DNA of 61,693 nucleotides, filler included, from Diploschistes diacapsis (GCA_023645945.1; 4 parts of 4 records of this genome joined end to end with filler, not necessarily neighbours in it); one strand, 5' to 3'; counted from the whole stretch's first letter, positions 24,520 to 37,287 are shown. Numbers and translations are program-made. Notes: generated by a model from the sequence alone, not told the origin.

Positions 24520-25567
24520 TCTCTTTGGATACTAGCATCACTGTTCTATTCTTTGTACATTTGGAATTATCGAATCTTGGTCATCTAGGCTAGCTGTTAC
24601 ATATACGCAGATAGAACGTTTGAATAGACCTATTGCATGCTTTGCCTTGGGAGAAAGATATGTGCCCATTCGTCTGTATTGTGGCTTTTGTTGATTTGAG
24701 AAATATCCAGACCCGAGGGAACAACAGGTGGTCTGCTGCACCTGCTCTACACTCCTAGGAATGTGTAGGACCTATTGCAATATACCGCATGCACTTGAAA
24801 GGACTAGCAGTGTTTGCCACTTGCTTCAACATGGTCCGTGCACAGTTAAGGATTCCCTGCCAACTAGCCCTAGTCTCGGAATCGTTAGACTTACCGCTCA
24901 CGTTGGTAGCGCCCGAGCTTTTGGGATCTCATGGGCTCTTGAGCTGGACATGACCCCTTCTTCTTGCTTCCTGCTGACCAGGTCAGTGTCGCTGCGGGCA
25001 AGAGTACCGCACCCCCAATCAAAGATTCCACCCATGAGCCGGTAACAAGCATCCATCAACGATATGGGTTGTGCCCGAAGTATACCACTTAATCAGGGTC
25101 CCTAAACCCCTGGAAGATAGAGTTGGTAAATAAGCAAGGGACCTGAGACCCCAGTCGGTCCTAACTATGGCGGTTTCTCCCTCCATCAGCATTCGGTCTC
25201 GCGTGACGCAAACAAGCATCGCTCGAGATGCGAACATTCTCCGCTCTGTGCTTGTCTAACAAGCCCCCGAGACATGTGAACCTGGCCCAATTGTCCTCAT
25301 GCAAGGCCTTGTGGCCTTGTTGCCCCCTCGCTCTGCGGCAAGGGTCAGGGAGCGTTATGTTAAGAGGTTTGAGTTATCTGCATTCTTCTGATATGCTGTC
25401 CGGAGTGGTATCTTCCTCTTTTTGGTGTAATCTCTCTCCACCATGAATGCTTATATTGGATTGGTACTCTCCGTTGGGCTTTTCGTTGCGTGCTGGATGT
25501 GCATGTTACTTGTTGTTACGTCGGCCTTCGATCAGAGTGTGTACCGGTGATAGATTTGCTGTAGGAA

Positions 25568-26701
25568 GTGAATATTACGAGAATGGGGATGTCGTTCAAG
25601 GTTCACGGGGAGTTGGCCCCCTACCTTTTTAAATACCCCGGACTATTTGGTCTGTACGGAGAGGTGGAGGCTTGGGAGGAAAACGGAACGGAATTATCTT
25701 CTGGCTGCGTGGATGGTACTTGCGACTTTGGAATTCAAGTAGATCACCGCTGCAACCACTCTGTCGCGCGTCCTGCACTGTTACCGCCTATCGACCTCGG
25801 GACTTCTTCTAACCCTCTTTTCGACCATTACGACAGCAGCGAGGACACGCCATCCTCTTCGAGTGACTCAAGCGAAACGGCGCAAAGCTCCGATGAGGCA
25901 GATGACTGGCGCTTTGGTCGGCAAAGTGTGACGACGACTATACAGCGGCAGCGGGCGCTCCGCATACCGCGAAAAGCACGAACCTCTCCTCCATCCCCCA
26001 CCGGTACTATCTCTCGCCTCACCCACGTCGACACCGAAAGACTTGATCGGCTGGTATGCGAGGTCAAAGCCGTTGTTATACGGTGCAACGACTCTGTCGC
26101 TCCAGACCTGACTGCCACCACCACATCACAGGACACAGAGACGAGCCCGATACACGAATGTCTGCACAAGCTCAGCCCATACGCTCGGGCACGTGCCACG
26201 GACCTGCTGGTCCCAGCGTCTCGAGCTCGCTTTCCAACGGGTTACCAGATCTTCCCGGCAATCAGACCCCACGGCCACCCGCTCCGATGCAATCCGCCCA
26301 GCGGTACAAATCAAACCGCCCAGGCCGGGCTGCGGCAGTCTCTGTTCCAGCTGAAGCCGCTGGTCCAGAAACACAAGCTTGACGAGCTGCTGCTCTCGAA
26401 CCTCGCGGCCCTCCTCGCCACGCTTCGGATCGTGAAGCACCTTGCAGCTGAGCTCGGATGCGTTGGCGAACATGACGGGCGCTTTGCATCTGCATCGCGC
26501 ACCGAGCCGGTGATCGTAAACACCTCTTCCGATGCAACTGCACAACACCCGGCAAAGCAGCTGCAAACGTGCTCCGGTGAGCTTGAAGTCTTGACGGAGG
26601 TGTTGGTGGACCGCTTGAGGCTGAAGCCTTACCAATATACCGTTGTTAAGAAGGTTTTGGAGGGAAACGGCTTCTTGCCTACCGGGCCTGGATCAGCATG
26701 A
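25568..26701 (+). CDS. Hypothetical protein (orphan; Ser/Asp-rich middle, helical C-terminus)
   Basis: 377-codon ORF with no recognisable family. The start is uncertain; a possible upstream exon from ATG 25443 would be joined by intron 25464-25564. Confidence 0.5.
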   Translation: MNITRMGMSFKVHGELAPYLFKYPGLFGLYGEVEAWEENGTELSSGCVDGTCDFGIQVDHRCNHSVARPALLPPIDLGTSSNPLFDHYDSSEDTPSSSSDSSETAQSSDEADDWRFGRQSVTTTIQRQRALRIPRKARTSPPSPTGTISRLTHVDTERLDRLVCEVKAVVIRCNDSVAPDLTATTTSQDTETSPIHECLHKLSPYARARATDLLVPASRARFPTGYQIFPAIRPHGHPLRCNPPSGTNQTAQAGLRQSLFQLKPLVQKHKLDELLLSNLAALLATLRIVKHLAAELGCVGEHDGRFASASRTEPVIVNTSSDATAQHPAKQLQTCSGELEVLTEVLVDRLRLKPYQYTVVKKVLEGNGFLPTGPGSA

Positions 26702-26859
26702 TAAGGCGCCCCGGGTAGCCTTTGACAGGCAGGCATGGTGATGGAGGATTGGCATTTAGAGCGTTCCAGCATTGCAGGAGCATCTGGGACAGAGGTAAAT
26801 GTCCACTTTACGGGCACAGCGCGGAGCACTTATTGATGATAATTAAGGATTAGCTACCG

Positions 26860-28017
26860 CTATCCCGTTCCCGTCCAGACGTCGGTGTAAGCAGGGTAGC
26901 CCAACTCTATACCTTTATCGAACACCATCCACGCCCAAGCCCTGCCTGCTTCTCCCCACATCAGGCCATAAGAATCGCTTCCTTGTACAAAGCGTCCCTC
27001 TTCCAGTCCCTGCTCAATCCTCTCCTTGGTAGCCAGCGCCATGAAGTGGCTCCTATGCTCCCCTTCCAACGCCAACGCGTTCCCGATGATCCCATGACAC
27101 AGGTTTGGCTCCTTGGTCAACAGCCCAAGCTCCCAAACACAATTCCTTCCCCTCTCAACCGCCACGTCAATTCTCGCCTGCACTCCCTCGGGGAAGTAGC
27201 TCCGTATCGCCACTAGTGACATCACCGTCCCCGGTGCACCATGACACCACTGGACCAGGTCCTTCCGGCGCTGCAGCGCAACCGGCCAATTTCCGTTTTC
27301 CATCTGCAGCTCCAGTATTCGCTCCAGCTCCGCCTTGATCCTCGGATGCTCCGCATACCCCGGCTCGCTCAGCACAACCTGCGCCACAATACCCATGTTT
27401 CCGTGCGCAGCACCCAGGTACTCATGCCCGTAACACTTCCAAGGGCTCGGAGCAGCCAAGATTTTCTCAATAATGCCCGTCGCCGACCTGTCCATTGCAT
27501 CCTTGAACTCCGGCCGGAACGTCCTCACGAGGCGCAGCAGAGCAAGAAAGCCTGCTTGCCCGTACAGGTAGTCGTATATGGTTTGATCGACCCACGGATC
27601 CCACCTACCGGCCTCGAGCGTGGCCGCGGCGTCTGCATCCCCCGTGGCGGCTGCCAGGACTGCCGCGTACGCTAGCTTCTCGCTTGTCACACCCGTGCGG
27701 ACCTTGATGGGGTCGCAGTCGTCAGGAGTGACACTGGCTTGGCCGCAGGCGAGGTAGGCGAGGCACCATTCTTTTGGGGTGCGGCAGTCGATGGTTAGTG
27801 AGGGATGGGTGGTGGAGAGACGGAGAAAGAGGTAGGCGAGGGAGGTTGGGCCAGTGAAGAGTCCTTGAAGGGGGCAGGAGGAGGAGTGAGCCCAGGGGTC
27901 AGATGGGGGAATGGAGGCTATGATGAGGTGAAGGGACTGGAGTAGCTCTGACATAGGGTTCGTGGGCGAGAGTAGAGAGGGCCTTGGATTTTCGCATTGA
28001 CAAGGTAGGTAAGGCAT
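26860..28017 (-). CDS. Lanthionine synthetase C-like protein (LanCL)
   Basis: LanC motifs YLYGQAGFL, YLGAAHGNMGI, LVQWCHGAPG and NLCHGIIGNA (Zn ligands Cys/Cys/His), plus the fungal GLFTGPTSLAYLFL N-terminus. Confidence 0.92.
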   Translation of the reverse strand: MPYLPCQCENPRPSLLSPTNPMSELLQSLHLIIASIPPSDPWAHSSSCPLQGLFTGPTSLAYLFLRLSTTHPSLTIDCRTPKEWCLAYLACGQASVTPDDCDPIKVRTGVTSEKLAYAAVLAAATGDADAAATLEAGRWDPWVDQTIYDYLYGQAGFLALLRLVRTFRPEFKDAMDRSATGIIEKILAAPSPWKCYGHEYLGAAHGNMGIVAQVVLSEPGYAEHPRIKAELERILELQMENGNWPVALQRRKDLVQWCHGAPGTVMSLVAIRSYFPEGVQARIDVAVERGRNCVWELGLLTKEPNLCHGIIGNALALEGEHRSHFMALATKERIEQGLEEGRFVQGSDSYGLMWGEAGRAWAWMVFDKGIELGYPAYTDVWTGTG

Positions 28018-28295
28018 CTTGCTTGTTGCTGACTAACTTGCGGACTGCAAACCAGCGGGATGCAGCTACCTCCTCTTGGTCGACTTGTCTCACCAAGGAT
28101 CACCTCACATCAGATTTTGGAGAGTGCCTGTCAACTGTCAAATTCCTGACTGAAACAGAATAGAAGATCAGAGAGATACGAACTGCTCCATCATCCAATA
28201 AATACAATCTCAGGGTGAAGTGCAAAATGTTGGGGTAACAGGTAACATACCTTTCGAGTTACACAGCAGCCTGTACAACCTACCAACCACATTCA

Positions 28296-30012
28296 TCATG
28301 CACTGTGACTCGAAATTTCGGTTGTGCTACTTGCTCCTTGCATATCCTCATTGTCTCCACTTACTCCCACCATGTCATTGTCGTCGGTTGTCTCCCCCAT
28401 CGATTTCTTTCGCATTGCTTCTGCGGCTTTGGCCTTCTCCATTCGTCGCAATTTCTTCATCCGCTCTCTAGATCTCTCTCTCTCCCGGAACCATTGTACT
28501 TCCTTGCTCAACTTATCCATATGTCCACTAGTGTGCTCACATAGCTTCCTCGAGGCATCAAGCTGATCCTGCAGCTTTTTGATTCCTTTACTGCTTTCAG
28601 CGTGATCAATAGGCTGGCTAAAAGTGGAGCTTGCTCCACCAACAGACAAGGTGTGCAGAGCTTGAAGTCCCTCTTCGAACAATCTTCTTGGCTGAATGCT
28701 GCTGTTTAGAGCCTCTTCAAAGTCTGACATTAAATCATCAGTACCATACTCATTTCGGAACCTTGGTAAGACGAGTTCAAAAGCAAAGTATGCTGAATAC
28801 TGATATTCACGTGGGATGATTGATTCCTGCGCATTGTTGTGGTTCTCCAGCAAGGGGCCACCAAGTTTTGGCTTTAGAGCACTGATACTTTTCGTTTCCT
28901 CCGCACATTCATTAGCGAGTCCAATGGGTGGAGAGATGAAGATGTTCGTCACAGAAGTCGCGTGGTCGAACAAGGTTCGGTCCCATCGGCCTTTCGCCAC
29001 ATCCCAAACATGTATTTTCCCATCTTGATGTCCTGAAAGAAGCAGAGTCCCATCAAAACTTAGATCCAACGTAAGGATTGGTTGTTTTGAGACTGTAGTA
29101 GATTGCCATCGCTGCTTGTTCGGGGCCTGAATCAGTGTTCCGGGGGGGTTCTGCGCCAGAGTAATTCGGTTCAAATGGGATTGCTCCTGTAGGAAGTTGA
29201 CTTTTTGGATACTTCCATCGTCAAGGCCGGCGTAAAACGCACGTTCTGCAGGATCCGCAACAATACTCAAGGCCGGTGAATGCAGAAGAAATATTCGAAG
29301 CGCTTCCCCCGTCTTATAGTCCCAAACAATGCAAGTACTATCTTTGGAACTAGAGATGGCAAATGGCGTATTGATGCTACTGCTGCCGATGGCCAACCCC
29401 GTGATTGGAGCACGGTGGTCAGAGAACTTGCGTATTGGGGCGTATGCTGACCCTCTTTCAGAATTCACAGAGTCCACGCTGAAGGAAAGTAGCTTGGGTA
29501 TCGACCATACACAGACATGGGAATCCTCTGACCCAGTTAATAGGAAGTTTGAGATACAATCCACAGCGATACAGGAAATTGATCCAAGGTGTGAAATGGG
29601 CGTAGGAATCAGACGCCCAGTACATATCTAGTCGACATCAACCGGCGAGTACAACAGGTAATTTCCTAGGCATCTATACTTCCCATAACTCAAGCCGCCC
29701 AGTCTCCGTGCCTATCGCCAAAGCTGATGGCGAGGCAAAATCCCCTATGAGAGCCAAGCTGGACAGACGTTCAGGAAATGGCACCACAGTTTCCAGGGTG
29801 CATTTCTCAAGATTATAGACATGCACTACAGCCTTAGCTGATTGAGCTGCAAATACATAAGTCGCGCTTGTGGCAAGACAGTTCCTGTTGATAGAGCTCT
29901 TTTTGAACGTGGATCTCACAGCTGGGATTGGCTGTAGCTCATGTAGAAAAATTCCGTCACTGTTGGTGGAGTCAGGTCTAAGCACAGAAACAATACAGCT
30001 TTCGGTGAGCAT
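28296..30012 (-). CDS. IPI3: Pre-rRNA-processing WD40 protein Ipi3 (Rix1 complex)
   Basis: MLTES..STFKKSS..NCLA..VFAAQSAKAVVHVY..VPFPER..GTETGRLELWE, then an intron, ICTGR..FLLTGSEDSHVCVWS, and a C-terminal coiled coil. Confidence 0.9.
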
Positions 30013-30282
30013 AGTGGTCAAAACATGAATGATCTGTTAACGGAGGTAGCGATACCTCATGCGCATCCAATGAGTTATCCCCTTCGATGTATCATGCGCT
30101 AGGCCTAAATCATTTAAGAACGCACGCAGAGGTATTTTTAATACTAGATATACACTGTTGGAAGTGGTGGAAGTTTCCTAATAATTAACAAATGACTAAG
30201 ATATTCTGCAGCTAATCCTAACTAGGTAATAATCCCTAGCCTGCCTAGCCTGCTTAGCTGACTATTGTTCAATAAAGATATA

Positions 30283-30492
30283 ACGTGTTTCACCACACAA
30301 CGGAACACACCACAAAGAGGAACACAATCCCTGCACCTTCGTAAAGTGTATTTCTTAACGGCCGAAGAACGGGGTATTGTAGTTGTAAACAGATTTAGTT
30401 TCGTACAAATAGGGAAGCGCTCGATCTAGCGCAATTACATTATAATGTAATGTTCCGCTTTATGGTATGTTCCGTTGTGTGGTGAAACACAT
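30283..30492. mobile_element. 210-bp Fot1/pogo-type MITE
   Basis: 42-bp TIRs (ACGTGTTTCACCACACAACGGAACACACCACAAAGAGGAACA) are 38/42 identical, carry internal direct repeats and have TA on both flanks. Confidence 0.85.
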
Positions 30493-30557
30493 TAAAAATA
30501 ATGAAGGTGCATCACGAAAAGTTTTTGGCGGCGAAACACCGCAAAAATCCACGAGGT

Positions 30558-30750
<193 letters not shown>

Positions 30751-30855
30751 TAATATATTACGTAAGCAAAAAAAATTAATAAATTTAATATAATATTAAT
30801 AATATTAATAATTATAATTAATAATAATTAATTAATAATTATATAATCATAATTA

Positions 30856-30955
30856 NNNNNNNNNNNNNNNNNNNNNNNNNNNNNNNNNNNNNNNNNNNNT
30901 TAATTAATTAANNNNNNNNNNNNNNNNNNNNNNNNNNNNNNNNNNNNNNNNNNNN
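30856..30955. other. Artificial contig linker
   Basis: 44 N + TTAATTAATTAA + 44 N. Confidence 0.97.
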
Positions 30956-32454
30956 CGCTCGGACTGCACAGGAAGACGACATAGTCCGCGACCTCCTCGA
31001 CGCTCGCGAGCCGGTTGTTCTCCATCATCGCCAGCATGCCCAGCCGCGCCTCCGACTGCGGCGACGAGTTGCTGCTGCCGCCCTTCTTCTCGCCTATCGG
31101 GTAGCCCAGCTCGTCTGTTCGCAGCAGACCGTTGCTGTGGCCGTTGCTGTGGTGGTGGTGGTGGTGGTGGTGGGTGTTGTTGTTCCGGTCGCGGAGGTAG
31201 GGGGGGGTTATCGACTTCGTGAGCTTGGTGGCGGTGGATATTGTGCTCGGTGGGGTTGTTGCCGATGTGCGCGTGGCGGTCGAGGTGGCGAAAGTGCTGG
31301 CGGGCGGGGTGTCGACGAAGGAGGGACAGACGGAGTTGACGCGGATGTGGTGCTTGGCGTTGTCGAGGGCTAACAGGGTGAGGGCGTCAGTGGGGGGGTT
31401 AGTTGGAGGGTTTTTGTTCAGGGTGGGCTTTTTCTTTGTGGGGGGGTTTTGTGATTTGAGGCCTAGGGAATGAGATTTGGGAAGGAGGTTTGGGTTGGAG
31501 CGAAGGGAGGAAGGAGGAGGGTATGGGCGCATTCTGTTGTCTCAAGATGTGGGCGGAGCGGTGCCGCGACTGGGATTTGGAGGCAAAGGGGTTGGAAGAA
31601 AGGGGCAAAGCAGAACAAGGACCCAAGAAAACAGGAAATCACTAACAAGCGCTCTTGACAATCCCCTGTACCGCGTGCTTGGACGTGACGTCGCTCGTGA
31701 AGCCCGGCATGGCAACGTAAGAGGTCGCGGAGCCCAGAACGACGATGGAGCCGCGGCCGAGCGAGCGCGGCGGGTGGCGGCCGGAGCCCGGATGCATGCG
31801 GGGCTTCTGCGCGACCATTATGTGCGATGCGGCGCGGACGCAGAGGAGGGTGCCGCGCGTGTTGACGGCGTGGAGGCGGTCGAAGGCGATGATGTCGAGG
31901 TCGGGGGTGGAGGAGGTGGAGAGGTTGGGGATCTGGATGGGGGTTAGGAGGGTTGGAAACGAGTGGGAAGCGGGGGTATTGAATGGGGGTAAATGGGGCG
32001 TAGGGAGGCAAGGAGAGGATGGAGCGTGGTTTGGAGATTGGCGCTAACAGGAGGAACTAAACTTACGCCGGCGCTGTGCACAAAGTAGTCCACCCTCCCG
32101 AATTCCTGGATGGCGATGCGAAACATGTCTTTCACGCTGGTTTCGACCGATACGTCGACTTCGATGAGCACGGCGCGGTATTTGGGATGCCGAGCAAGGT
32201 ATTTGCTCTCTGTTGCAGCTTCCTTGGCGCCATAGATGTTGATGTCCGCAAAGATAATGCCCTGGACTCCGGCCTCGGCAAAGGCAAGCGCTGTTTCTTT
32301 ACCTATGCCTGATGCTGCCTGTAAAGCTTATTAGCTCAAGGACATCCAGAGGAATGAATAGGCTTTTTTCGAAGTGAAGGCAGATGGGTGCATGAAGGGC
32401 CCTTACGCCAGTTACAAGGGCTATGCCTTCGTTGAGGGTGAGCTTGGTGGCCAT
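30956..32454 (-). CDS. Classical SDR with atypical active site, 3' end truncated
   Basis: MATKLTLNEGIALVTG|AASGIG, GRVDYFVHSAG, VNTRG, GSIVVLGS, SDVTSKHAV, IRVNSVCPSFVDTP, EEVADYVVFLCSPS. Three introns. Confidence 0.85.
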
Positions 32455-33575
32455 TACTTGTCTAGACCACTGTGCTTCAGCTGCACAGGAAACAAAAAAA
32501 CTGCAAGTCCGTGGTGGTAATTATGGGGGACAGCGCAGACTGTATTGATCTGAACGGGTAGGAGACGGGCACAGCCAGGTTCTATAATCACTAGACATAC
32601 TTTGGTCCAGCGCGACCACCAGCCCGATCTATCTAAGAAGCGGCAATAGAGAGATCATAAATCGGACGACGCATCGACTTGTAGCAGAACGGTGGGTCCA
32701 CGAGCGAGCAATGAACGGGCAGGAAGAGGGAGCGTGTGTAGGTGCTATTTGGCACCGGTCGGCTTCCGCCGTAGCAACTCAAATTCCTCTCATTGGCGCG
32801 GTTCGGGGAAGAGGCGGGAGTAGAGAGAGTAGTAGTACACCGATGTGGATGACCTGTTGCCTGTTGGGCTCCAATGTTCCCCCTGGCTTCCGCTCGCTCG
32901 CTCGATAGATAGCCAGCAACGAGAACACAATGTATTGGGTGACAAGCCCCGAGAACTTTTGCGCATCAACCAAATCCCTGTGTCGATCGAGAATGAAAGC
33001 ATTAGGGACGTGCAGATATGCAAAGCGGTGTAGGGAGGATGTCAAAGGTCCGCATATTTTGCAGGCCTCGAGGATCCCCATCTTCGTAGGAATCGTTTCC
33101 GTATGCCGTGCCCTGGAACAATGGGCTTTGGGACTATCCCTTGATCGATGGCTGTCAAAGGCATCGTAGCCAGGTTACCCAGGTAGTAGGTATCTATCTG
33201 TACATTGTGGGTATCTGGAGGTAACACGCCGGTACTTAGTGCTTATCGGGGGCGCTTTCCATACCAATGGTAGAGATGCTCTCACTGGTGCGCAACGAGA
33301 GCAGGTGAGCCAACATCTTTCTAGAAGCAAGCTAGAAGACAGTAGAACAACGCTAGAATCCCATGACAATAAACCAGCTATCCTTGCTGATGATCCGCCA
33401 TTGATCCCAGGCGACGGCGACGAGGACGATTATAGGGAACGTACATGTAGCCGGCATTATACTTTGGAAACAACGCCGACCACAACGCTAACCCCCATGC
33501 AGCAGCATGACAAAGATATCTATCATCAGCCTCATCCAGATTACATCAGTCAATCATCGTTGCAAAGCGCCTTGC

Positions 33576-36500
33576 TCAAACCTCCTCTACCGCACAATTA
33601 GGATGCAGCACATACACCAGCCTCTCTCCATCTCTCGAGCTCTCCGGCTGGCCCCCGTCCGTTAGCCCCTCCCCTTCACCGCGAATCGGCATCAGGATAT
33701 TGTCCTACTCGCAAAGGTAGATATTAGTAACTACTATGAAAATAAAATGGAGAACCGGTTGGGCGAGTACAGGTTGAGCACGGCGTGGTTAAGAAGATAA
33801 GAGCATGAATCAAAACATACCTTCACCATCCTCCTCAGAACCTTCCCCACCAACTCCCTCTCCTTCTGTAACTCCTCCTGCGTATCCAGCTCGTCCTCCT
33901 TCTGCTCCAAATACCACACCACCAGCTCCTCATGCTCTACGCCATGCCCTGTGCTAAGTTCATCCTCGTTGACCCTCCTGGCCAGCAAATTTAGCATCGC
34001 CATGTACTGGTCGTAAGAAATCTTCGTCCTCGCAGCAGGTGCGGGCGTGGCCGAAGCCCTGCCAGCATCCGGCATCTCCTCGTCCTCTTCCGCATCGGCA
34101 TAAGCCTGCGCCTCGGCGTCGCGACTGGAACTCCTCGCGCCTCCGTCGATGCCATTCGCCTCCTCTTCTTCCTCGTCATCGACCTCGACATCGTCCTTCT
34201 CCACCGAGATAATAGACTGTCTCAGCAGGCTAAAGGCCTCGCGCACGAAGAGCGGCGTGACCTCTTCGACGCAGTTCGCTTTCGCAATGGCTTCCGAGAG
34301 GCGAATCATGCTTTCGAGCTGCCTGACGGTGATGCGGTAAGAGTTGCGGCCGATGCCGCCCTGGGCGTCGTTGGCGCGCAGCTCCTTGTACTTTTCGACG
34401 AGCAGCCTCCGCGCCTCCGGCATGAACTCGGGCTTGAAGGTGCGCGCGAAACGGATGTAGCGCTGCAGCTGCTCCGTGCTGAACTCGGGCTGCACGGCGT
34501 CGTCGCGGTCGCGGTGGATGCCGACGATGTGCTCGGCCAGGTGCCGATCGACGTTCTCGTTGCACTCGTCAAGCACGACGAAGAAGAGATCGAAGCGCGA
34601 CATGATGGGCGCCGACATGTTGATGTTCGCGCGGAGCGTCGTCTTGCGGTTGTATCTCCCACCAACGGGGTTCGCGGCTGCCAGGATGGACGTTCTGGCG
34701 TTCAAGGTTGCTTGTATACCGGCTTTGGCGATAGAGATGGTCTGCTGCTCCATGGCTTCGTGGATGGCTACTTGGTCTTGAATCTCCATCTTGTCGAACT
34801 CGTCGATGGCGCAGATGCCGTTATCTGCCAGCATGAGCGCACCAGCTTCTATTGTGAACTCGCCCGTCTCTTCGTCCTTGACTACCGCGGCTGTGAGGCC
34901 TGCGGCCGAGGAAGCCTTGCCCGAGGTGTAGACAGCGCGCGGGATCAAGGAGCAGATGTATTTGAGGAACTGGGATTTGGAGGTACTGGGGTCTCCGACG
35001 ATTGCGATGTTGATATCGCCACGCAGTTGCAGGCCTTCTTTCGTAGCCTTGCTCACGCCGCCCATCAGCTGTAGGAGCAGTCCCTTCTTGATGATCTCGT
35101 GCCCGTATACCGTCGGCGCCAGCGAGTTGACAAGGCGTGAGTAAATGTGATCGCTGTGCACCATCATCTTCAAATCTTCAATCTCAGCACGTGTGAGGGA
35201 CTGCAGGTAAGCCTCCTGGGCTTCGTCGCCAGCAGACATCGGGTCTGCAGGCTCAAGCTGGTTCAGTGAAGCCAAGACGTTGGCGGCTTGACCGTTTAGT
35301 TGCTGATTCGCCGCTTGCCCAGGGGTTGTCGTGTCTGGCGTCACCATGCACGCGAGGAAGGCCAATCGGTATGTCAGATCCCTCACCCCAAGCGCTTTAA
35401 GGCCAGACACCCCGCTCCCACCCACATCGCCTCCTCGCGGCGCATTACGGCTGTCCCTCGTAGCTTCCGGCCGCACTCCTGGCAGACCAAGCTGGCTGAC
35501 GTCCGGTACCACGATCAGAGTCCCCGTAAACACGCACCTTTCTCCAGCCTTCGCCCGATCCACGATCTCTCCTCTTAATATAACATCCATAGTCCGCGGC
35601 ATGCTCCCCGTAGGTATCTCCGAGCTATTCTCCTGTATGCGCACTTTCTGCCAGTCCACAAACGTGCTCTGTCGGATGTCCAGCCGCCAGCCCGTCCTGT
35701 TCATGCACGTGAGGTTCGGACACTGCGTAGGCTCTGTATATCTGAATATCTGTTCCACGTTTGTGACCACGTTCCCGCAGTTCTCGCACACGAACGTCGC
35801 CATGTACAGCTCGGGCCGGACTTCCGACGTTCGCGTGACGGTCCCGGAGATGGATAGCAGGTGGCCGATGGACTCCGCCCGCAGCTGCCGGATCCGCGAG
35901 ACAAGCGGCAGATTGTAGAATGCCAGCGCGAATAGCTTATCCGTCTGCTGCCCGCCCGTCAAGCCCAGCGCGCCGCTCTCGTCGCTGGCACTCGCTCCTC
36001 CCGCTGCCACGGACGTCCCATTCTGCGACGATGCGCTTTGGCCGGGCTGCCTGTGTGCTCGAAAATACTTGGGCTCGTACTTGGCGATGGCACCGTGCAG
36101 AGCCCTGTTCAGGAAGGGCAGGAAGCGGTAGTAGTTGTTCGCGATCGCACTGGCCAGCACGCCGTCGTTGGCCGTCATCAAGTGCTGAAAATCGACGTAT
36201 AACGTGCTAAGCGCATATGCGCGCATACCCCGTATCTGCGCAACGTAGTAGCATTTTTCTGTCGTCGCGCTCGAGCTCGGGAGGGACGAGGCCGGAGGTG
36301 GGTTTTCTTCGACGAAGCTAACACCTCGTCAGCACGTTCGCGGAATTCTTTGATGGATTGGTTGAGAAGGGTGGAAGACGCACTTCTCTAAGAATGTACC
36401 AAAGACCTCCGACACTCTCTCGCCAACTTCATCTGTGACTTTTGCTGGCGGAGCATGGTTGTTTGGGCGGCGGGCTTTGACGACTTCGTCCAGGCCGTCC

Positions 36501-36580
36501 GGGCCCTCGGCGTCGCTGGGGACGCCATTACTTTCTGAGGGTGGACCTCTTGGTCGCGGGGACGATCTCATCTGCGACAT
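33576..36580 (-). CDS. MCM6: DNA replication licensing factor Mcm6
   Basis: GDPSTSKSQFLKY, CAIDEFDKM, MSAPIMSRFDL, Zn finger CENC/CPNLTC. The last exon reads DNILMPIRGEG..VYVLHPNCAVEEV*. The start codon is uncertain. Confidence 0.96.
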
Positions 36581-36697
36581 CTAGGCAAATCTTGTCTCGA
36601 GCAGGTGTGGAATGGGCTATCCTAAGGAAAGGACGGTTATTTTCGGTTGATGGGCTCCGAGGTCAAGTATGGCCTGCTATCGCTTTGGGCAGAAGTA

Positions 36698-36754
36698 ACG
36701 CGAACGCACCCTTTTTTTACAACTCAGTGCTGAGACAACGCGTCTAGCACGCGT
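36698..36754. promoter_or_regulatory. MCB (MluI cell-cycle box) cluster upstream of MCM6
   Basis: ACGCGT at 36738-36743 and 36749-36754, and ACGCGAA at 36698-36704, 120-175 bp upstream of the MCM6 ATG. Confidence 0.75.
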
Positions 36755-37287
36755 AAATTGATCTACTTTGGGCGAACTTTGGCCCCTTGACATACATCTC
36801 CACCAACCACCACTTGTGAGGTCTCTACTTCGTTTCGCTTTGCGCAGCCACGACAAATAGACGTTCTGCACAGGTATGGCATGAACTGTTGGTCCCCGCC
36901 GATGACTTAAATTTGTCTCAGGCCACAATACCACACAGCAAACGTCAGCATCCTTTTATTTCTTGCACTCAACGGAGGAACCTAGTGATGCGCAAGAAAG
37001 CCCATTGATTGCATAGAAGCAGGTCTTTTAGTTGGACTTCGTCTTGGACCTCGAGTTTCGCACCGGATTACCACTCAACTACAAACTGAAAAACCGTAAC
37101 GCATCGGGGGACCCCTTAGATTACGCTTCCGGCTCGTTCTCGAGGAGCAAGTGTGATGGTACATCACGTATTGCAGGGCGACTACCAGAACATTGTCAAG
37201 TCGCGTCGGCAATGTCTAACTCGCCTTCAAACGTTTAGCACACGTGAGTATGGTCTGCCAAACTTTCATTACGCGAACTATGTTTTG

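Noticed and set aside
24520..28300. Lanthipeptide (RiPP) biosynthetic cluster around the LanC-like gene
   Set aside because: No LanB, kinase or lyase dehydratase, no transporter or protease, and no convincing leader-core precursor on the contig; stand-alone LanCLs are common in fungi.
32711..33230. Short ORFs including a kinase-like YLH..HRDL string
   Set aside because: No other kinase motifs and no consistent exon structure.
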